Below, piece by piece: positions 1 through 9,599 of a stretch of DNA of 64,000 bases. Numbering within the stretch: the stretch's first letter is position 1; each line of letters starts with the position of its first letter. The position numbers were made by a program, and so were the translations under genes. Below the pieces are notes generated by a model that was given only the letters and a program-made list of their open reading frames with translations, searched no databases and was not told the DNA's origin. This stretch comes from Cetorhinus maximus (Eukaryota): contig NC_135899.1 of the NCBI RefSeq assembly GCF_964194155.1, positions 54,808,001-54,872,000 on the forward strand. The letters run 5' to 3'.

Positions 1-690
1 GGGTGGGTGCCTCCAAGCTCATTCCCATAACGCGGTAGGTGGTCGGGTGCCAAAATTGGCAGCCCACCTGCCATGTGTAAAAAAAATTAGTTAAGGTCAA
101 TTGCATTTGTTAACAAACCAATTGACCCCAATAACATTCCGCCTATGCCATAATACGGTTGGTATGGGCAGGTGAGTGGGAGTGGGCAGGCTGTTTTTTC
201 ATAAAAGCAGAAAGGGAGGACGGGTACTATCTGCTAGGGGTGCCCTTTACGCATCGGGGGCATCTTCCTCTGAAGATAGTACCCACTTTCCTTCATACCT
301 GCCTGCTCTCCAAAACTCACCCCTACCCACCCTCCCACAACACCCCCAAATCTGACTGAACCTCCCCGCCCAGTACCCCAGACTTACCTCACTCTGGGAT
401 CCAATGGGCCTTCTTCATGGGACTGTTTGCAGTCCTGGCAGTGCCCATTACTGAGCTCTTGGCACAGCTATGACTATTGGACCTGCTGGCCAATCCAATT
501 GGCCGGCATCTCCCGAGGCAGGACTTCCTTTCCTCCCCATTGAGGGGCAGAAGGCCCACAGTTAGACAATTTAGCTCACCCACAGTGCATTATGGCCGGG
601 AAGTGGGCTCGCACAGGGCCAGTCGGCTTCCAGCTGACTTGGCTTCGGGTGGGGTGGGGCAAGCTGTCCACCCCCACCCCCCCTGCAAAT
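1..690. mobile_element. Decayed GC-rich non-autonomous DNA transposon fragment (Harbinger-MITE-like), truncated at window start
   Basis: GC-rich ends and motifs (aaaattggcagcccacctgcc, gccaatccaattggcc) resembling the better-preserved MITEs later in the window; boundaries approximate. Confidence 0.4.
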
Positions 691-1591
691 ACAGCCCATC
701 GTCTCCATCAGGCAGATGTGTGACCTTCACAATCGCAACATTGCAGCTGCTGTAGCCAGTGTCCTTTGCTTCGGAAAAGTGTTCTTTTCGAAGAAGTTCA
801 ATGCATACATATGTCTAGCTGATGACAGCTTAAAAATGATATTTATCCAGGTGATGACATTATAAATTAATATTTGATAAAACACATCTTCGTGACATAG
901 TAAAGGTAATAAGGTTTCTGTACCAGAGATGAGCAAGGATCCATATGGACTTTAGCCATCAAAATTTCACCCAGTCATGATCAGAGCTGATGCACGCTCA
1001 CTGCTGATAACCCTCTGGTACCTTGCCTAATTGGCCATTTTTCATATTCAAGCCTAAACTGTACAAGTGAGCCATTTGGTTATGAGGCGCATTCTGACAA
1101 AGCTCCATATTTACCATCATCTAACTTCAACACTTTTCACTAAGCAGTCACAGGGAATGATCAGCAGCTGGGACCCTTTCCAATTTATTTTTCCACTCCT
1201 GGTCAAAGGACATTGACTTCATGCTCCTTTCCTCTCTTTTTTAAATACAATTATTATTGGCTGCAGGTCCCATCGAAGAGGTAATTAGGCTATTGTCCTC
1301 ATTTCACTAATTTACTGTTTCCAGTGACATATTTTACCCAGTAAGACCACTCTTTTAATAAAATTTCTGGAAGTTTATGTACAACTGGAAGATGCAGCCT
1401 TTGCCATAAAACACAGAACATCTTACTACCACTAGATGTCAGTACTACACATAATAAGTACATGTAATACGCATACTGGTGCAAGCCAGCTTGCATCTCC
1501 CTATTGACAAAAAAATTCTCTTCACTCTAACTGCAAACACTTTGCAGCAGTAATTATTTTGAGTCTTATTGTGCAGACATTCTTTTTAAAA

Positions 1592-1890
1592 ATTCATTCA
1601 TGGGATGTGGGCGTCACAGGATAGGCCAGCATTTATTACCCTTGTTCAGGGGGCATTTAAGAGCTAACTGGAGTCACATGTAGGCCAGGCAGGTAAGGGC
1701 GCAGATTTCCTTCCCTAAAGGACCTTAGTGAACCAGATGGGGTTTTACAACAATTGACAATGATTTCATGGTTATCATCAGACTTATAATTCCAGATTTT
1801 TATTGAATTCAAATTCCACCATCTGTTGTGGTGGGATTCAAACCCGGGTCCAATTACTAGTCCAGTGACAATACCACTACGCCATCCCAC
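1592..1890 (-). mobile_element. tRNA-derived SINE with LINE-derived 3' tail
   Basis: Minus strand: A box TGGCGTAGTGG (1884-1874), B box GGTTTGAATCC (1844-1834). The 3' tail aataaatgctggccta..gacgcccacatcccatgaatgaat matches the LINE tails at ~27650, ~20100 and ~59150. Confidence 0.85.
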
Positions 1891-2026
1891 CCCCCCCTAT
1901 ATGGGATCAGATGTGAAAGTAGCTCAGAGGGTTAACGAGCATTCTAACTAAATAAGTACACAAATTTTTGGAGCCATAGGAGCCTCCAAGTTAACTTGCT
2001 GAAACAGCAGCATTGTTCTAAACATT

Positions 2027-2695
2027 GGACTGGATTTTAGGCTTTTCGGCAGGGTGAGGGAAGGGGAATGGAGTGTGTGGATCGCTCGCTTCCGCTCCCC
2101 CCCATTTCAGATCGTCCAATCAAGTGTCAGATGGCCAATTAGCAGCCACCCCATAGCAAGGCAGCCAATTTTGAGTCGCGGGGGGGGCATGGGAGTATGC
2201 CACGAACAGGAAGTCAGTCATGACTACAAAATGCCCCCTGCTCTCTGAAGCTGTCTTTATTTCATATTGCAGGCTCAAAAAAGTGAATAAATTATGTCAA
2301 AAAATATGCAGAAGCTGCCACCTTCACCAGCAGGATCTACTGCTACATGCAGCCATGATCCCAGTGGCAGGCCTTTCCTTCCATCCTTGTGCAGCCTCAT
2401 CGTGCCTACCATCAAACACTCCCAAACTCCTTCCCATCCAAAGCCCAAAAAATGCAGTCAGCAAAAAAACATTCCAAGCAATTGGCTCTTTAACAAGTTC
2501 AATAGCTTGTTAATTGGTGATTTAAAAGGTGGACAAGCTTCCGATTTACACGCCCGTTCGTCTTGTGCAATTTCGGAGAATGGCGTGATGGCGTCGTAAT
2601 GCTAACCCAATGTCATCACACCATATTTTATTTGCAGGGGGTGGGGGACGGGGGGGGGGGGTGCTGCAATTTGTAGCCATAAAATCCAATCCATC
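2027..2695. mobile_element. Decayed MITE (Harbinger-like)
   Basis: Imperfect inverted ends ggactggatttta ... taaaatccaatcc; CpG-rich subterminal blocks. Confidence 0.45.
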
Positions 2696-2869
2696 GTGTC
2701 ACGCTGCTTATTTAACAAACCTTCATAAGTTTTGGTTTTAAGCAGCGGCTCTTGTTGTCCACATACACTATTCCTCTGATGAAAGCTTGAACGTGTACTA
2801 AATCCATCTTTCCCTGGGCACACAAAGCGTTGAAGATAGCAGAACTCAAGCTGAGAAGGCTTTTAAAGC

Positions 2870-3465
2870 ATAGAAGATCCTTGGCTTTATTAACAGAGGC
2901 ATAGGGACAACAGTAAGCAAGTTATGCTAAACCCTTAGAAACCACTGTTCGGCCTCAGCTCGAGCATTGTGTCCAATTCTGGGGATCACATGTTAAGAAG
3001 GATGTCAAGGCCTTAGAGAGATTGCAGAAGAGATTTACTAGAATGAAGCCAGGGTGAGGGACTTCAGTTATGTGGAAAGACTAGAGAAGATTGGGTTGCT
3101 CTTCTTAGAGCTTTAAGGTTAAGGGGAATTTTTGAGGGTGTCCAAAACTATGAAGGGTTTTGATAGAATAAATAAGGAGAAACTGTTTCAAGTAGCAGAA
3201 AGGTTGGTAACCAATAGATTTAAGGAATAAGCAAAAGAACCGGAGGAGAAATTAGACTTTTTTTTATATACGGCAAATTGCTGTGATTTGGAATGCACTG
3301 CCTGAAAACAGATTCAGCAGTATGCGTCAAAAGGGAATTAGATAAATATTTGATGGGAACAAGTTTGCTGGGTCAGGGAGTGGAACTGATTGCTATTTCA
3401 AAGAGCTAGCACAGGCATGATGGGCCAAGTTTCCCTCTTCTGTGCTGTATCATTTTCTGATTCTA
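2870..3465 (+). mobile_element. CR1 LINE 3' fragment
   Basis: Decayed CR1 ORF2 C-terminus (..RPQLEHCVQFW..) followed by the CR1 3' tail ending tgtgctgtatcattttctgattcta. Confidence 0.85.
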
Positions 3466-3561
3466 TCTAAACACTCTTTGTGTTATTGTGCAACTGATCA
3501 TAATTACCAAAGGCATCTAATGTGCAGTCACTTTTGTTAGAAATTTCTCAGCAATGATAGT

Positions 3562-3692
3562 TGTGATATCTTTGCAGGACAGAAAAGAGACAGTGTGCCA
3601 CAGGGAAAGACAAGTACCAACTGAAACTAGTTTATTCCAGTTTTGATTTATATACAAACATACAAATATAGCCACAAGAAGATGCTATTACT
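3562..3692 (-). repeat. 3' LTR of element A
   Basis: Direct repeat of 19793-19937; adjacent polypurine tract GAAGGGAGGAG on the minus strand. Confidence 0.88.
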
Positions 3693-3989
3693 CTCCTCCC
3701 TTCATAATGTAAAAGTACACACAGTTCAAATTCCATACAACTTTTATACATTTTTTGTTTTTCATTTATTTACAAATCCAAATTAACCACTAGATTCCTA
3801 TTCCTAAGAGGATCCCTGCTTTCTTGACCCAAACTTTCAAAACATGGGGAAGGACCTTGACCCATCTTGGCCTAGCTGAATCTAAGGAAAAGCTTTCACC
3901 AACAATAACTGATTTTGACCTTGACCTTCAATTGAAATTTCCACTTCACCAGAATGTCTGTCTGACTCTGGCTCAGATCTGAACTGGTT

Positions 3990-5167
3990 TCAAGCACTAC
4001 TTGTGTTCAAGTAACTACTGGTACTCGTATCCAATTCATCAGACTGATTTGATTCCTCCCAACTCCCTTCTTCTCCGTGAACCTCTAAAGGTAAAGCATG
4101 ATCTATATGTACAAACTTAACCTTTCCACTACCAAATATCTTGACCAAATTTTTGGTAGGACCACATTTTTTCACGACTCTTCCTGGTAACCGCTTCAAC
4201 CACTTATGATAATCTTTCACCTTAACCTTTTAGTTCAACTTCAGGCTTTTTTTCTCTTACTCTACCCCCATATGACTCTCTTTCTGCCTTGATTATATGT
4301 TCTCTACTGACTGTGCTAAATGTGGCTTCAGCAATGAAAGCCTTGTTCTAGGCTGTCTACAAAGAAATAATTCAGATGGCATTCTGGTTTAGTATGAAAT
4401 GCATTAGGATAAATAAACAAAAAAAATCCCAGTTTGTGATTCAATGACATCTGACATTTCTTCCAATTTATGTCTAGCATTTGTTTAACAAGAGCAAACT
4501 TAACATTTGTACAGTGCACTCTGCCACTCCATTTGAAGCAGGATGATTTGGTGGAACTGTTGTGTGTTTTACCTCAACTCATTCTCACAAATTTTACAAA
4601 GTCTTCTGAATATAAACTTAGGTTCGTTGTCAGACACGATTTCCTCTGGGAACTCATGAGCAACAAACAGACAACGCAAAATATCTAGAAAAAAAGCTAA
4701 ATACTACGGATCCTAGAAAAACTCAGCAGCGAAGGCAGCATCTATGGAGAGAGAAAAACAGAGATAACATTTCGAGTCCATATGACTCTTCTTCAATTCC
4801 AAAGAACAGTCATATTGGACTCAGAACGTTAACTCAGTTTCTCCCTCCACAGATGTTGCCAGACCTGCTGAGTTTTTCCAGCATTTTTTGTTTTTATTGC
4901 AAAATATCTAGAGTTTTGCTAGTTATTGTTTGATTCATTGAAAACTCCTCAACCCACTTGAAATGACTATTTATCACAATGAATAGCTGTCACATTTCAA
5001 ATTTTGCAAAACCTACGTGCAGCCTCTGCCACACTCTAGTTGGCAGCATGTTTTCAACAGCTTGACATGCTCTACATTGTTTCACTCTTGTTTTCTATGT
5101 CCTAATCTAACCCTGGCCATCAAAGATAGCTTCTCGCTAGACTCTATGTCAAACTCATCCCGAAGTG
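3990..5167 (-). pseudogene. Gypsy integrase remnant of element A
   Basis: Translates with stops to HxGMSLT*SLARSYL*WPGLD (integrase Zn-finger region) and the C-terminal ORF 3990-4220 (..GRVVKKCGP..VHIDH..). Confidence 0.8.
4690..4898. mobile_element. Palindromic Penelope-like non-autonomous insert
   Basis: Two inverted arms (ctcagcag..catctatggagagag..gagtcca / tggactc..ctccacagatgttgcc..ctgctgag); perfect 14-bp flanking duplication gcaaaatatctaga (4676-4689, 4899-4912); hammerhead-like cores at the centre. Confidence 0.75.
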
Positions 5168-5399
5168 CAGTGGTGTAGTGCTGCCGGAGCACAACCGAGC
5201 AGCGCTCCGGCACCTCCAACCAGGGCCTGGGGAGCAGAGTGAGAGGGAGCAGAGGCCTGGGGAGGAAAGGCTGGCTGCTAGACAAGGGGCCCCGGGGAGG
5301 AGAGACAGGTTCAGAGGCCCAGGAGTCAGACGCTGCAGAGCGTAGCCTCAGCTCAAAGGTGGGGGAGGCGGGGTTTGGCGTGGGAGGAAGAGGCTGATT

Positions 5400-5477
5400 G
5401 CCATGTGTGTAGTAGTGAGAGAGTGAGTGCGTGGGAGTGAGCGAGAGAGGGAAAGAGAGAGGGTGTGTGGGAGTGAG

Positions 5478-5511
<34 letters not shown>

Positions 5512-5750
5512 TGATTGAGAGAGTGATTGTGTGGGAGTGAGATAATGAAAACGACTGAGAGAGTGATTGTCTGGGAGTGAGATAATGAAAAGGAGCGAGA
5601 GTGTGTACATAGGAGTGAGAGAATGAGTGTGTGTGCACATGGGACTGAGAGACTGTGTGTGGGCGGGGTGGGAGGCGGGGGACCAAGAGACTGTGTGTGT
5701 GTGTGCATGGGACTGAGTGAGTGTGTGTGTGTCTGTGTGTGTGTGGGAGA
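5400..5750. repeat. (GT)n/(GA)n microsatellite and low-complexity tract
   Basis: Runs of gtgtgt/gagaga and a duplicated gagagagtgattgtNtgggagtgagataatgaaa unit. Confidence 0.9.
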
Positions 5751-6251
5751 CCCATTTGTACCCAGGAAACAAGGCTGCTCCTTCAGAAGTAAGCCAATCC
5801 TGACAACATGAGGAGTGTCCAAGGGGCAGCCGCCATCACAGTTGGATTTGGCATACAGGAGTGCACCACCAGCTCACTGGGAGAGAGAAGCACATTCTGC
5901 AGGTAAATCCCTCACTCTAGCCCTGAGGTGAGGCCAAGTCAATCCACTTCAGACCTTCATTCCCCCAAAAGAACAATGTATTCTGCTTTTCGATTAATGT
6001 CCTTTCTTCCTTTGTGTTATCACAAGCAGGAGCAACTCCGGCAATGGCCTCTATTACAGAATCTCAGCACCAAGGCTGCAAACTCTTTAGACTTCCCAAC
6101 CTGATAAATACTTTACAAGAATCAAGACTTGGGTCCTGTAAAGCCAAATTCTCTAGGAATATAGCGGTTTCTTTAGACCCCAGAGGTTTTGTCAATCACT
6201 TAATTTATCCTATTTGCAGCATAACCACAATACCTAAACCGAAAAGACTAT

Positions 6252-6896
6252 CTGAAGGATTTTCCCCTCGGCAATTTGGGGGCGGGGCCCACTCGCTGAG
6301 GGGAAAATGACGCGGGATGACGTCGGGAGGAACCCCAGTCCATTTAAATCTTCAAGAAGGCGGGCGGACAGCGAAATTAGCTGTCCACCCGCCGACCTGT
6401 CAATGGCCAATTAAGGCCATTGACAGGCTAATTAACCTTGTTAAAGACCCTGCCCGTCCAAGCTTAAGACTGGCGGGCAGGCCAGGAGCCCCAGCGGGCT
6501 CTAGATTATTCATGAAACTTCATCCATTGGCGGGATGAAGTTTCATGTCTGTTTTTTAAAAATTTAATAAACTTTGTGTGTTTCTTATTAACATGTCCCA
6601 TCTCGTGTGACATTGTCACATGAGGGGGACGTTAATAATTTTAATATTTCTCTTTTTTTTTAAACTTTTCTTAGCTGTCAGTAAACTCCCTGAGACAGCA
6701 CTTTGCCTCAGGAAGCAGTGCACGCATGCGCGAAAGAGCGCACTTTGACAGTTGGGGATTCCCTCCCCCACCCCCCCTCCTGCACAGGAAGCCACTCAAA
6801 ATGGCGGGCCCCGTTTCGGCAGCAGGGCTCGGTTGCCCACCCGCCCGCCACCGAGCCGGTGGGGCCCGCTCGCCCATCGAGGGCTAAATTCTGCCC
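6252..6896 (+). mobile_element. Harbinger-type MITE (~650 bp family)
   Basis: Aligns by eye with 56641-57323 and 58201-58907; right TIR aaattctgccc; internal hairpins. Confidence 0.8.
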
Positions 6897-7789
6897 TGTG
6901 TATATTCCGAAGCAATGATAATCGGTCAGAAATTAGGGTGTGTTACCTTATTCATGGAATGGATCCTATAGATAGGATAGCAGGGAAAAAATAGTTGTGG
7001 GCGCAGGCAAGAATGTCTTTCTTACCCAACATGTTGCGAAGTAATGGATTTAATCAATAGCAGTATTCCTGGGATGATATCCGATTTTCACATGGGAACC
7101 ATAGGATTTCACATCACAGAAGGAAGCCACTCGGCCCATCTTTGTAACTGCACAATTCTCAGAAAGAACGACCCACATCATCCTATTCCCCATATTCCCT
7201 TATATTTTTTATTTCAGATATGAAACATGTGACGGATTCTATCCCTGCCACTGTTTCTGGTAGGAAATTCCATGCCCTAACAACCTTTCAATTCACATCC
7301 ATAGTCATCGTATCATTAGATTCCATTTGGTTGTGAAAATTGCTGCTGCAGACAACTTGGTACCTGCTGTAAGAATGGGCTCAACTTTCAGGTATAAAGA
7401 AAGGTTTCAGAAAAATAGAAATTGGGATGCGCTGGTTGATAGAAGTAAGTAACAGAGAAGAAAAATAAAGTTAGTTAAATACATAGTCAGAAAATCTTGT
7501 TATGTCCTTTCCATAAATAGGAGAGTATATGCTAAGTAGACATCTAAAATGTCTTAATGAAGGTACATAGGGAAAGTAGCCTCAAAAATAAATATTTCAC
7601 AAAGTGTAGAACAATGGCAAGATTGCGTGTATAGGTGTCAGACACAGCTGAAGCTAACTAAAGCCACAATTGAATGCCAAAAATGCATTGGAAAAAAAAA
7701 AAACAACTGATTTGGTACCATTCCCATAGTAAAGCTTTATACGTTCTGTTAGAGGCTGAAAAGCCACATAGGTCCTTTGAAAGATTTAG

Positions 7790-8270
7790 CACGGTGGTTA
7801 GGACTGAGGAGTGGGATATGGCTGAAATGCTAAATAGATATTTTGTATTCATTTTCACTATTGAAGATGATACAGTGGTTGGTACAAATATTTTAGATAT
7901 TGACTCCTTAAATATAAATGCATAACTGGCCTTAGCTTGGTTTGAGGCACTGAAGATTGATCAAGTTGCTTGACCTGATGACATTTAACCTGGAATGCTG
8001 CAGAAAATCAAAGGGGTACTATGCGAGCCATTAATTTAGCTGACTAATAGTTCTTTGAGATTTGGACTAGTTTGAATTAACTGGAGAAAGAGCTTGATGC
8101 ATGAATGCTTTAACACATGTGCCAAGCCCCATTCATTGATCTCTAGATAGTAGCATAGGAACAAGAGTAGGCCATTCAGCCCCTTGAGCGTGTTCTGCCA
8201 TTCAGTTAAATTATGGCTGATCTGCATCTTAACTCTATTTACCCAGTTTTGTTCCATATCCTGTTAGCAA
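7790..8270. mobile_element. Highly decayed CR1 fragments inside the hAT element
   Basis: MAEMLNRYFVFIFT-like CR1 ORF2 linker on +; reverse CR1 3' tail at ~8150-8270 (aggccattcagccc..). Confidence 0.55.
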
Positions 8271-8557
8271 AATGTTGTAATTCATGTTTTTAATAGGCTT
8301 GAATTAAATAATTAAATTGTTGCACAGTGAAATTCTAGCTATGCTAAAGGGTATTGATTCAAGGTACCACATGATTCGAAATAAAATGCCTACCGGCACT
8401 AATGCTTTTCACTTAAATAGCATAGTTTTGCTGACTTTTGGGAACTCAAATGATTAATACCTAGGAAAACAAGTAATAGTAGATTTGGAAACGATATAGC
8501 CAACACATTTTCTTAGAGCTCCTGCACCTCAAAATTCCCCACTACACCACTGCCTAA

Positions 8558-9036
8558 GGGCAGGATTTTGCCCTTGGCGGGGGTGCTCGGCGATTGCGCG
8601 CAGGTGGGCCAATTAAGGCTCGCCCAGCGTGGATTGCGAGCGGCAGCGCTAAGCGCTAACCGTGCTGCATCAGGGAGATTGAAGTGCTGTGTAAAAAAAA
8701 AATGAAGAGAATAAAGATTTAATAAAACATGTCCCCTCATGTGACTCTGTCACATAAGCTTGGGCATATTTTTATTTAATGGTTGTTTGCTTTAGAAAAC
8801 CTCATCCCGCTCATGGATGAGGTTTCCTAAAAAAAAAAATGCAACGGCCACTTGGCCTTTTAGCCTGCCTGCCAACCATTCGGCTGGGCTGACAGTATAA
8901 ATTTGTATTCAATTAGATTGTTAATGGCTTCAATAGGCCTTTTAACTATCGGTGGGAGCACCGGTGAATGAAATATCACAAGACTGCGCGATGACATCAG
9001 GACGCACGCCCAGACGCCGAGCATAATATTTTGCCC
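8558..9036 (-). mobile_element. Harbinger-type MITE
   Basis: TIRs gggcaggatttt / aatattttgccc; 3-bp TSD TAA (8555-8557, 9037-9039), typical of PIF/Harbinger. Confidence 0.85.
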
Positions 9037-9039
9037 TAA

Positions 9040-9566
9040 GTGCTGATCATGAAGTTCACATAGCAAATGTGTTCTGTACCTTTCAGGAATTACAACTCTG
9101 GCTCCCCACATAACACAACCTTTATTAACTGACAACTCATTCTTTCACATAAAAAATGACCTGAATTCTAAATCCAGTATTTGTGTTGACCACCCATTTG
9201 TGATATAGTCATACACCCTTACCAATACAGGGTTCCTACAACTTGTTCTACCAATGTCATTTGCAGTGACTGACAACTCATTCACATGCAGAAAAGAAAA
9301 AGCCACCTTCCCTCTTGGCCTCTATCTCTGATGGGGATTGTAATCTAGACATCACATTAGTATTGCAATGATCTTCTGATCATCTGTACTTAATGTCGTA
9401 TTGATAAACAGACAAAACTCAAAGCCCATCTCTGCATTCGGGCTGCAGATAAAGTGGGTACTGGAGACTTTGGATTTAAAATAGCCGTCAGCGGCTTATG
9501 ATCTGTTTCGACTGTGAAACTGTGACCATACAGGTTTTTCTGAATCTTCTTACTCCAAAAATCAAA
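9040..9566 (-). pseudogene. Gypsy RNase H / connection remnant of element A
   Basis: Translates to LIFGVRRF..LYGHSFTVETDHKPLTAI..AARMQRWAL and ..GCVMWGARVVIPERYRTHLLCELHDQHLG. Confidence 0.85.
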
Positions 9567-9599
9567 GATGCCTGCCCATGAGGCGTAAAATTCTGCTCA

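Larger units (their letters stand above)
5168..8552. mobile_element. Non-autonomous hAT-superfamily element with cargo
   Basis: Perfect 13-bp TIRs CAGTGGTGTAGTG (5168-5180) / CACTACACCACTG (8540-8552). 8-bp TSD ccgaagtg / cctaagtg, the right copy split by a MITE. Removing it rejoins the Gypsy integrase frame HDQHLG-MSLT. Confidence 0.88.

Noticed and set aside
1820-1890. tRNA gene
   Set aside because: A and B boxes are present but run into a SINE body and LINE tail; no complete cloverleaf
5082-5822. 246-aa ORF and overlapping His/Thr/Ser-rich ORFs
   Set aside because: Products of (CA)n/(CT)n low complexity that cross a transposon junction; not a gene
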